Assembly: GCA_965261425.1 (NCBI GenBank)
Contig: OZ253452.1
Span: 481,160-545,159 of the forward strand
Length of the DNA: 64,000 nt
Source: Candidatus Spongiihabitans sp.
GTDB taxonomy: Bacteria > Pseudomonadota > Gammaproteobacteria > Arenicellales > Poriferihabitantaceae
Direction of reading: 5' to 3'
Shown: piece after piece, positions 21,094 to 29,213 of the stretch
Numbering within the stretch: position 1 is the first letter of the stretch
Layout of the letters: every line of letters starts with the position of its first letter
The notes under the pieces: generated by a model
What the model saw: the letters and a program-made list of their open reading frames with translations, nothing else
What the model was told of the DNA's origin: nothing
Databases searched by the model: none
Program-made: the position numbers and the translations under genes

Positions 21094-22254
21094 ATACCAA
21101 CGGCTCTATTGATTGACTGTTTTGGCCCAATTACGTGATGTAATTGATGTGATTGCCTGTTTGTCCTCTGCGAAGAAATTCCAGGCATCGCAGCATTTGT
21201 CGACAATCTCATCGTAGGATTCAAACACAGAGATTGCCAGCTTGTTGGCGCGCAGGTAGGCCCAAACGTTTTCCATCGGATTGAGTTCCGGCGAATAGGG
21301 CGGGAGTTTGAGCAGGGTGATGTTGTCGGGCACTTCCAGTTTTGCTGATCCGTGCCAGCCTGCACCGTCGAGGATGAGCAAGGCATGGGCACCTGCCGCG
21401 ACCGTCCTGGCGATCTCGCACAGATGTGCATTCATAGCGGACGTGTCCGCATGCGGCATGATCAGCGCAGCAGCCTCGGCGCGTTCGGGACAAACCGCGC
21501 CGAAGATATAGCCCGACGTATAACGTGTATCACGCGGCGCACGCGGCCGGGTTCCCCGTTCGGCCCATATACGTGTCAGCGTCCCTTGCTGACCCACACG
21601 AGCTTCGTCCTGAAACCAAATCTCCAATGGTTTGCCGCAGGCCGTTTTGGGCAGAACGGCCGCTACCTCTGCAGCGAAGTTTTTTTAAACACATCCTGCG
21701 CATCCGGGTTGGATTTCGGATGCTGCGGGCGCACAGACAAGCGTCGAAAACCAAGTTTTACCAGTTGTTTGCTAACGGTCCGCTCATGCATGACAACGCC
21801 AAAGTGCTCCTCAATCTTGCGCTTGAGGTCAATGCGCCGCCAGCGCACCACGCCGTCCGTTTCGGGATCCGGCCCCTCACGCACAAGCGATGCCAACTCC
21901 GCCTTCTGTGCCACGCTGAGCAGGGGCTGCCGTCCTGGCGAACGCCGGTTCGAGAGACCCTCAATCCCCGCGTCATTGTAACGGTGTACCCAGTCACGCA
22001 ACGTCTGGCGATCCATCCCGCAGTTCTCGGCCGCCGTCTTGCGGTCAGTGCCGTCCAAAATCAACGCAATCGCCAGCATCCGTCGGGCCGCTTTCGCGTC
22101 CCTGCACGCCGCTGCGGCGCGCCGAAGATCGCAGGCCGACTTGTCCGTTCGCATAATCTCTACTGTCATTAATACCTCCTATGATGATGACTACTGAATC
22201 ACTTCAAATTCCCCGTGGAAAGCACAAAGTGTTAAATCCTTGGGCCGTTGGTAT
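21094..22254 (-). mobile_element. IS630-family insertion sequence, copy 1 (nested in IS5/IS1182-like copy A)
   Basis: Terminal inverted repeats ATACCAACGGCTC / GGGCCGTTGGTAT. TA dinucleotides sit on both flanks (21092-93, 22255-56). It is nearly identical to 44214-45365. Confidence 0.9.
21106..22169 (-). CDS. IS630-family transposase (orfA HTH + orfB DDE, joined by -1 frameshift on A7)
   Basis: orfA is 21663-22169 (HTH/winged helix) and orfB is 21106-21627 (EIWFQDEARVGQQG..., DDE). The coding strand reads TTT AAA AAA ACT at 21680-21686. A -1 slip continues FKKNFAAEVAAVLPKTACGKPLEIWFQDEARVG. Confidence 0.85.
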
Positions 22255-23428
22255 TACCTTGCTTACATCGCACAATCGGACGCACATACGGTTGATGAAT
22301 GCTCACAATCCGATTATCACAGCGTCGGCTTTTGTTGCGGTACATCTCCCACTGCTGCGTATAGACATGCTGAATGACCCAGTAGTGGTATAGTAGCCTG
22401 CGTGACAAAGGCAACGCCGTGCCCATCGGGAAACAATCCATTAAACCCTCAATATGACCAAAATTGCGCCGCAAGTATTGCAGTTGTTGCTTGATCGCTC
22501 GTTGGGTCGCTTGACGTTTGGGACGACGCTGTTTGACCAACCCGAGAAAATCTTTACGTGCTTGGCGACGATAGGTGCGTGGTTTCTGACTGAACTCCGT
22601 GTGTGGATACAATTCGTCAATGATCCGTTCCGCCATCTCACGCGCTTCATTCAGTAAACTTAAATCCGTGGGATACCGTATCGCTTGCTCTGCCACAGTC
22701 GCATCGATTATCAACTTACCTTCGTGGCTGGGTGCTTCCACAGTGGTGGCAGGCGAAATTGGGGAATTATCCTCCCCTTGTGGGTCTTGATTGGATTCTG
22801 GTTCTGGTTTCGACTCTGGCACGGACTCTGGCTCTGATTCATCACCCGACTTGTTGGTCTGTGTGGATACCTTCAAACCATCCTTAACGCTGCGTTGCGG
22901 CACGACCTGCGCCTTTTCCACAGCACCAATAATCGCTTGATGGAACACTTCAAAAACAGTATCCCCCATACGCTTGCGTACTTCAACCAGCAACGAGGGT
23001 ACAAACGGGACTGATCTTTGATAACCGGCAAGCCCGACAAAGTATTGCAGATACGGATTCTCCTGAATCTGACTCACCGTTTCACGATCAGACAACCCTA
23101 GTTTGTGTTTGATGATTACCGCACCGATGACTAAACGAGCATCTTTTGCTGGCCGACCCCGCTTTGACGAGAGGCTTTTATGATAGCCCTGTGCCAACCC
23201 ATCCCATGGAATGCACTGACCTAGTTTCACCCAGCGGTTGTGTGCATCAAGAGCGCTGTGAAACGGCCAGTCAAATTCTGCGATAGTACGTTGGTTGGAA
23301 TCGTTATAATCAATCATAGCTGCAAGGTTTTAGAGGTTATTGGGCTGATTTCCATGCAGAATTATACCACAAAATCACTATTACTTGTTTATATTCAGAT
23401 GGATATGTTTTATGAGCAGGGTCTAAAT

Positions 23429-23488
23429 ATTGACGCTAATCGGGCACGCAGTTTCAATGTTTCTATCGCAGGAACACACGCCAACTAA
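23429..23488 (+). pseudogene. DUF4276-type gene remnant, part 2 (3' end after the IS)
   Basis: Removing the IS and one AAAT copy restores the frame ...GEKLN-IDANRARSFNVSIAGTHAN-stop. Confidence 0.55.
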
Positions 23489-23559
23489 CACTCTCTTTGG
23501 AAATCAGAGATTAAAATTTAGTGTGGTTAGCCTTTGGGCTAACATGCTTGAATAAGAAC

Positions 23560-25551
23560 TCAATAATACAGGAATTTGATGGCTTCTAACAGCCTGGATT
23601 TTAATGTTGCTTTGCTTTGCCATGATTCCAGCGTTACATCACCAGTGCGAAATTCACGGTATAGTTTACTGCTTTCGAGATGGTTGAAAACCGATGCCCA
23701 ATTAGGATAAGGCACGAACCAGTCAGCGTAATATGATTGTAAGTGGTTAATCTGATTAAGTTCGCTTCCACCAGCACCATCATCATCATCATCACCAGCA
23801 GAATCATTATTATTATTATTATTATTATTGATATTGTTTCGATTTCGATTGGTATAGGCGGGAGCTCTGGGCGTGACCAGAATAAGCACCGAGCGTTGGA
23901 AATCAAGCGAAGTGCGGCGTGAAAATAAATACTGAATTAGAGGAATATCTTGCAGAAAAGGCACACCGTCTCGATCGAATCTGGTTTCTTTCTCGCTTAA
24001 CCCACTCAATATCAAGGTATCGCCGATATTCATCACAACATTGGCATTGACCTCGGTTTTCGATGTGTCAACGCGCAACTTAAATCCTACACCCCCACTG
24101 GGCTTGGTTAGAAAGGTGCGTATTGCCTTAATAGCTAATTTAATCTTACCATCTTCGATAAAGGTTGGTTTTACCTGCAAACTCACGCCGATATCTTTTT
24201 CAATTTCAATCGAAGTACCACCACTCCGTCCGCCCTCAGAGACAGCAGCGGCAATAATATTCAAGCCAGAAAAGAAGCTGGAGGTTTTGCCATCCGTTGC
24301 AATCAGCGAGGGTCGTGCCAATACCTCATTGTGGTCGGAAGTGGAGTTGGCAATATTCAGTGAATATTCGAGACCATACTCAGAGATGCTTTTGACTAGT
24401 CTCTCTACACCATCACCGGGGCCTTCATTTGCAAGACGCAACGGACTATCGTACTGCGAACGTAAATGACCGCCTGGTCTGACTTGCCCGTAGTTAAATA
24501 AAAGACGCAGCCCGTTCAATAAATTAACCCCTCTGGAGGATCTGGTCTCCTCCTCAGAACGAATAATCACCACATCTAGAACAACCAGCCGATCGGACCC
24601 TGCATCGACATCGACATCGACATCGTCAGCATCAGCATCACTGGAATACTTGGCATCGTTTTGATCCCTGTATTCCTCTTCCTCGCCGTCGTATGAATCA
24701 TATTTATCCGTATCAGACTCTGACGAAGATCTTGGCGACGAGGTAAATTGTGCAAGCAAGAGCGCATCGTTTGTCAACAAATTGTTAGTTGATGCCTCGC
24801 TGTCAATGACTGGGGCAGGGTTACGTTTATGATAGGCGCGCCAGTCGTCAATTCGTTTTATGGTATATTGGCGACTAATAGCAGGAATATTTGTGGAACT
24901 GTCAAGTGCTTGTTCATTCAATCCCAGGGCTGCCAGCGTGACCGCATAACTGGATTGGTATTGTTGATTATTGGGGGCGGTATTTAGCAATTGCTTAAAA
25001 ACACCCGCGGCTATACTAGGCTGACGTGCCAGATAAGCGGCACTACCCACGTCATTCAGTAAATCCTGATCCGTATTAAACAGTGCGGCTTCTGACAAAT
25101 GATTCAGTGCTTGGATGTAGTTTTTATTTTCCATCTCCAAAATACCGAGAAATCGATGGGCAATCCAATTATTCTGGTCAAGGCGTATTGCTATCATATA
25201 GCCTTCTCTTGCCAAGGGTCGTTTAGACACATCTTGAGTGGACATCAGGTGGTAAGTCAAACCGTTCAGGAATTGCAATGTTGAGTTGTCAATATAGTAA
25301 CTTAATGCTTGATTCAGCCATTTTGACGCACGCTCATAATCACCGCTTGCAAGCCAGCTGAAAACGCGGTGAACGTCTTCATCGGATAATATGGTACGAT
25401 GGCGACCGGTTTTCTTGATCTGCTCAATGTCATGCAAGGTAATTTCGGCGACAGTATTTTTTGATATGACATAATCATTTTGGCGACTCGTATTAGACGC
25501 ACATGATGTAAGCAATAGCATCAGAGTTATATATGAAAGAATTCTGAGCAT
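23560..25551 (-). CDS. Lipoprotein with N-terminal TPR repeats fused to a C-terminal secretin (type II/III secretion / pilus secretin family) domain
   Basis: The lipobox signal peptide MLRILSYITLMLLLTSC sets the start at 25551. It is followed by TPR-like helices and an acidic low-complexity linker. The secretin domain reads LARPSLIATDGKTSSFFSG, VSLQVKPTFIEDGKIKL and DGVPFLQDIPLIQYLFSRRT. A ~110-aa C-terminal extension follows poly-N/poly-D runs. Confidence 0.75.
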   Translation of the reverse strand: MLRILSYITLMLLLTSCASNTSRQNDYVISKNTVAEITLHDIEQIKKTGRHRTILSDEDVHRVFSWLASGDYERASKWLNQALSYYIDNSTLQFLNGLTYHLMSTQDVSKRPLAREGYMIAIRLDQNNWIAHRFLGILEMENKNYIQALNHLSEAALFNTDQDLLNDVGSAAYLARQPSIAAGVFKQLLNTAPNNQQYQSSYAVTLAALGLNEQALDSSTNIPAISRQYTIKRIDDWRAYHKRNPAPVIDSEASTNNLLTNDALLLAQFTSSPRSSSESDTDKYDSYDGEEEEYRDQNDAKYSSDADADDVDVDVDAGSDRLVVLDVVIIRSEEETRSSRGVNLLNGLRLLFNYGQVRPGGHLRSQYDSPLRLANEGPGDGVERLVKSISEYGLEYSLNIANSTSDHNEVLARPSLIATDGKTSSFFSGLNIIAAAVSEGGRSGGTSIEIEKDIGVSLQVKPTFIEDGKIKLAIKAIRTFLTKPSGGVGFKLRVDTSKTEVNANVVMNIGDTLILSGLSEKETRFDRDGVPFLQDIPLIQYLFSRRTSLDFQRSVLILVTPRAPAYTNRNRNNINNNNNNNNDSAGDDDDDGAGGSELNQINHLQSYYADWFVPYPNWASVFNHLESSKLYREFRTGDVTLESWQSKATLKSRLLEAIKFLYY
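23778..23829 (-). repeat. In-frame trinucleotide microsatellites (GAT)5 and (AAT)8 inside the secretin gene
   Basis: On the + strand, (CAT)5 is at 23778-23792 and (ATT)8 at 23806-23829. They encode DDDDD and N8. A third tract, (CATCGA)4 at 24603-24626, encodes DVDVDVD. Confidence 0.9.
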
Positions 25552-25690
25552 AATAGCACCTCTATTCACTGTCTTTTTCCGCGATTGCGGTGTAAGTCCC
25601 CGCTCTTTTATATTCATGGGCAAATCCTCATGTATGCCATATACACTGCGGTTTCCTTCTGCATCGCCCACCTCCGGCATACATGCAGGA

Positions 25691-25812
25691 GCGACTGTGA
25701 AAGAAACCCATTTCCGTTATTCCTGCGCAAGCAGGAATCCAGTAAAACAGCCAAACCCGCAAGGGGTTTCCGCATGTAACACGACTTGTCATGAGATTCT
25801 TGCACAGTATCA
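25691..25812 (-). repeat. Dispersed repeat family instance (short GNRA-loop hairpin form)
   Basis: CCGTTATTCCTGC-GCAA-GCAGGAATCCAGTAAAACAGCCAAACCCGCAAGGGGTTTCCGCATGTAAC ... CTTGCACAGT. Confidence 0.85.
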
Positions 25813-25882
25813 GTCGTCTGGATGCGATTTCCTTGCGCTTATGTGCAGGGTGCTCTGGTAAAATAACTGCTCCTGCGTTATG

Positions 25883-25988
25883 GGCTTGTCGGAAAATGGA
25901 GTTTTTAGCTTGTTGTGAATAATTAAGTCCTTGTTATTAAACGCATTATTTTTTAAAATTAGATTGGTTTTTAATTAACCGACAAGCC
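25883..25988. mobile_element. MITE-like element (106 bp, 10-bp terminal inverted repeats, 7-bp direct flank repeat)
   Basis: GGCTTGTCGG (25883-25892) pairs with CCGACAAGCC (25979-25988) around an AT-rich interior. Both flanks read CGTTATG (25876-25882 and 25989-25995). Confidence 0.55.
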
Positions 25989-26147
25989 CGTTATGTGTAC
26001 TTTCACTATATATGGCGGTCGTATGCCGGTTTTTCTCCCACAAAACCAATCGCAAAAAAAGCATGGTTAATAGATGTGTCCATAATAGTTTTCCGTGTCG
26101 CTAATTCAGCGAGAGAGGTAACAAGACAATGCATAAATAGGTGTTCA

Positions 26148-26205
26148 TTTTTATTCGTCCGCATTTCAGGTTAAAACCCCCGTCTTTAGACGGTGGTCGT
26201 TAAGT
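26148..26205. repeat. ~58-bp repeat, copy 1 (downstream of the TAXI-like gene)
   Basis: TTTATTCGTCCGCATTTCAGGTTAAAACCCCCGTCTTTAGACGGTGGTCG is roughly three-quarters identical by eye to 28128-28186. It contains the hairpin CCGTC-TTTA-GACGG. Confidence 0.6.
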
Positions 26206-26264
26206 TATAGCACCAGTGCCACTGAATTCAAGTTTACCCGTCTCAATCAATTATGATGATAATG

Positions 26265-27269
26265 TCAATTTGTCGGCATATGAGTAACACCAAGGTGTCT
26301 AGGTACGCTACCGGATAACGTACCACTATTTTTCGGTATGTTCATGCGCACACCACTATCTGTGTTCGTAAAATTTATCATTTGATTGACAACAATGGAA
26401 ATTAATTCTGGAGATGTGTTAGCGGAACTAAACAACACCGCTTTAGTTGAGATAGTCTGAAACAAGCGCGTTTCCCCCTGATTGTCAATATAGGATAACT
26501 CGACCTTAAACAGCAACGGCTTCTGTTTGATTATTTCATCAATAGTTTGATTGCTCAACGACAACATGCGTAATGGGCATTGCTCTTGCAAATTATCGTA
26601 AAAGCTTGAAGGATAGGCAATCAACTGAAAAGCAACATCTGTTTTGCCGGTACACAGTGCGGCAATAACTTTGCTGGACCCGTATTCATTTATCTCGGCA
26701 AAATCATTGTTTTTAAAGTTCTTGATGCGAAACAAAAATTCACTAAATGTTCTTCGGCCCGAACCTTTGCTACCAATATTAACGCGTTTCCCAACTAAAT
26801 CATCAACGCTATTTATGTCAGAATCCTCTCGAACTATCATGGTTAGCGGATTATCGTAAAGTGGCGTAATTATTCGTAATTCATCAAAATTCTGGTTTGC
26901 AAAACTTTCTTTTCTCCTATAAGCGTCTTCCAGCAGATCGTTTCGAGTCAATGCCAATTCCAAAATCCCCTGCTTAACAGCATGTATATTGTAAACAGAT
27001 CCGCCAGTAACAATTGCAACACATCGCACACCAGATTGTATAATCTGGAGGTTGACCGCATGGCAAATTCCACTCCCTACTGGATAATAGGCACCGCCTT
27101 TTTTGCTGGTTCCTAGCAATAACAATGTGGATTTCGGGTTTAAACCTTCAACAGCAAAGGTTGTTGTTGGAGAGAATAATCCGATCAACAACCAAGCCAA
27201 TGTTGTCAGTATAACTGGCAACGTTGCAGACCATTTCATGATAGGACGAAATTTATCTATCTTTATCAT
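26265..27269 (-). CDS. TAXI-family (TRAP-T associated) / PhnD-like periplasmic solute-binding protein, orphan
   Basis: Signal/anchor helix, then GGAYYPVGSGICHAVN...IVTGGSVYNIHAVKQGILELALTRNDLLEDAYR, which resembles the TAXI signature GGxYYxxGxxxA...TxGSxxN...GxxDxAxxQxDxxxxAY. No TRAP membrane subunits are nearby. Confidence 0.55.
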   Translation of the reverse strand: MIKIDKFRPIMKWSATLPVILTTLAWLLIGLFSPTTTFAVEGLNPKSTLLLLGTSKKGGAYYPVGSGICHAVNLQIIQSGVRCVAIVTGGSVYNIHAVKQGILELALTRNDLLEDAYRRKESFANQNFDELRIITPLYDNPLTMIVREDSDINSVDDLVGKRVNIGSKGSGRRTFSEFLFRIKNFKNNDFAEINEYGSSKVIAALCTGKTDVAFQLIAYPSSFYDNLQEQCPLRMLSLSNQTIDEIIKQKPLLFKVELSYIDNQGETRLFQTISTKAVLFSSANTSPELISIVVNQMINFTNTDSGVRMNIPKNSGTLSGSVPRHLGVTHMPTN

Positions 27270-27300
27270 TAGGATATGTGACCTTGCTCATTCTTTTCTA

Positions 27301-28104
27301 TCAGGGCTTTGCTTCTGCCACCGTACATTGATGTACCGTACCGTTAGGCAGAATAGCATCGCAAAAAATCACGCCCTCCAAGTTGCTACTAGCTAGTTGT
27401 GCGCCACGCATATCGGCACCGGTAAAATTCGAAAATGCCAAATTGGCACCAAAAAATGAGGCCCCCTGCAAATCGCTGTTACGAAATGATGCGTCCACTA
27501 AATGCGCATAATCAAAATTAGCATTGGCCAATTTCGCATCATTCATCTGTACTCGGTGCATGTTGCTATGCGAAAAAACAGCTTCTGCAAAATCACTATT
27601 ATTAAAATTAGCCCTCGCGACATAACTGTACCTGAAATCAGCGCGCCACCCAATTGCATTTTGAAATTGAGTGCCGAGTGCGGTAGTGTACAGGGCAAAA
27701 GCGTCTATAAGCCGAGCATCGTTGAACAAAGCCCCGGTAAGGTTTGCAGCAGTTAGGTCTGCCCATTCCAAGTCAATCCATCCAGCATGTGAGAAATAAA
27801 AGTCAGCACCACGAAAATTAGCTCCTCTTGCCGAGCTATGCGACAAGTCACTGTAGTTAAAGTTTGCCCGATTAGCGTCGGCGCGCTCCAAAACAGATAA
27901 AGTTAAAATTGCGCTCCGAAAGTTGGCACTAGAAATATCTGAATTGTTTATATTCGCACCGAACAAATAGCGACCAGAAAAGTTCTTGCGAGACAGGTCG
28001 TTTCCACTCATGTCAACATATTTTTGACTGCACAAATTGCATGGTTTAGCGCAACCGCTTACCAACAGAGCGTATATCAACAATGTGCAGATTTTGATGT
28101 ACAT
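27301..28104 (-). CDS. Pentapeptide-repeat lipoprotein
   Basis: Lipobox LLVSGC followed by ~40 tandem pentapeptide units (ANFRGADF, ADLTAANLTGALFNDARL, SDLQGASFFGANLAFSNFTGADMRGAQL). Confidence 0.85.
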   Translation of the reverse strand: MYIKICTLLIYALLVSGCAKPCNLCSQKYVDMSGNDLSRKNFSGRYLFGANINNSDISSANFRSAILTLSVLERADANRANFNYSDLSHSSARGANFRGADFYFSHAGWIDLEWADLTAANLTGALFNDARLIDAFALYTTALGTQFQNAIGWRADFRYSYVARANFNNSDFAEAVFSHSNMHRVQMNDAKLANANFDYAHLVDASFRNSDLQGASFFGANLAFSNFTGADMRGAQLASSNLEGVIFCDAILPNGTVHQCTVAEAKP

Positions 28105-28127
28105 GATAGTGATTGCTCGGTAATGGG

Positions 28128-28186
28128 TTTATTCGTTCGCTTTTAAGGTTAAAACCCTCGATTTATAGGCGGTAGCTTTCAGCTAA
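28128..28186. repeat. ~58-bp repeat, copy 2 (immediately upstream of the pentapeptide gene)
   Basis: TTTATTCGTTCGCTTTTAAGGTTAAAACCCTCGATTTATAGGCGGTAGCTTTCAGCTAAC. See 26148-26205. Confidence 0.6.
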
Positions 28187-28261
28187 CAAAATTGTAGGCA
28201 CGCATTGTAGCACATGCATTCATACGAAGTATAAGATTGAACATTATTTTGTATGGGTAAC

Positions 28262-28542
28262 GAAATATCGTTATCAGTTATTAGTGGGGGAATATATCAT
28301 TTAACGCCATTGAATCGCTAAACAGTGTCATTCGCAAAGCGATTAAAAAACGCAAGCTATTTCCAACGGACGATTCTGCCAAGAAAGTAATTTATCTGGT
28401 TATTGATGCGGCATCCAAAAAGTGGACTATGCCAATCCGAAATTGGAAATTAGCATTGAGTAGATTTATGATAGAATTCGAACACCGCTTGGCGGATTAC
28501 ATTGAACCTCATGGCAGTTACACAGAATTATTTACAGGGTCT
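28262..28542 (+). pseudogene. IS256-family transposase 3' fragment with element end
   Basis: My translation gives FNAIESLNSVIRKAIKKRKLFPTDDSAKKVIYLVIDAASKKWTMPIRNWKLALSRFMIEFEHRL..., the conserved C-terminus of IS256/Mutator-type transposases. Similarity to the second copy ends at ...TTTACAGGGTCT (28542). Confidence 0.8.
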
Positions 28543-28778
28543 GAATAATCGATACTCGGTCAAAAATAAGTCAAAAGGTGACATTACTGCTTTGGGCTAA
28601 CACCTGTGAGTGAAGGGTTGCAAACTGCCGAACAAAACAATTACAATCCGCGGATTGCGCGTTTGTAGCTAGAGATTACTAAAAATAACATTAGTCGGGC
28701 AAAGTAGCGTTTTTATTCTGATATAAATTTAACAGCAAGCTGGCCCGTAACTTATCCATCGAAACCAGAAAAGTAGAA

Positions 28779-29213
28779 TTGTCAATGGAAATACTTCTAT
28801 CAATAGGGGGCAGGCGGTTGTGCTCAGATTATGTCGCACATGAGCGACAACAATTGCAGATTTCTCAAAAAATCAAAGCATTACGTCAGCAAGTGACCAA
28901 TTTGTATCGTGCCAAACAGAGCTTACACAAGCGTATTTTGGCATTGCAATCGTTGGTTTTCTACGATGGTAAAAAACTGGGTGCAACCAAAAGAGACTGT
29001 GCAGGAATGACGAATACGGGTTTCTTGCACAGTCTCAAAAGTGGGTTCACCAGAGACGACCGCACCAGTAACAAGGTTCTGTATGCACAAAACGCGCAAT
29101 CAGTGCTTGATTTGATTAACGTGATTCACAATTACATTATTTTAGGATTGAAGTTAAACAAGCTGCGGGTGTTTTGTCTCTGGAATATATCAAAGCGGTT
29201 AAATAGAAAATGA
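28779..29213 (+). CDS. Hypothetical ORF (doubtful; partly built from a dispersed-repeat module)
   Basis: TTG start, with the stop overlapping the next start (ATGA at 29210-29213). Residues KRDCAGMTNTGFLHSLK are encoded by repeat module 28992-29036. The N-terminal part is coiled-coil-like. Confidence 0.25.
   Translation: MSMEILLSIGGRRLCSDYVAHERQQLQISQKIKALRQQVTNLYRAKQSLHKRILALQSLVFYDGKKLGATKRDCAGMTNTGFLHSLKSGFTRDDRTSNKVLYAQNAQSVLDLINVIHNYIILGLKLNKLRVFCLWNISKRLNRK

Larger units (their letters stand above)
20479..23424 (-). mobile_element. IS5/IS1182-like insertion sequence, copy A (transposase split by a nested IS630-type element)
   Basis: Same ends as intact copy B: left AGAGTCTGCTCACAAAGTCGG, right TTTTATGAGCAGGGTCT, forming imperfect inverted repeats. 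It is flanked by AAAT on both sides (20475-20478 and 25-28 of line 23421, i.e. 23425-23428). Track ORFs 20488-21069 (C-terminal 193 aa) and 22232-23317 (N-terminal 361 aa) are the two halves of the 553-aa transposase seen at 36272-37933. Confidence 0.9.

Noticed and set aside
26148-28186. The ~58-bp flanking repeats read as integron attC sites and the two genes as cassettes.
   Set aside because: No intI or attI is nearby. One copy contains a GTTAAGT-like core, but the paired RYYYAAC...GTTRRRY inverted architecture is not convincingly present in both copies.
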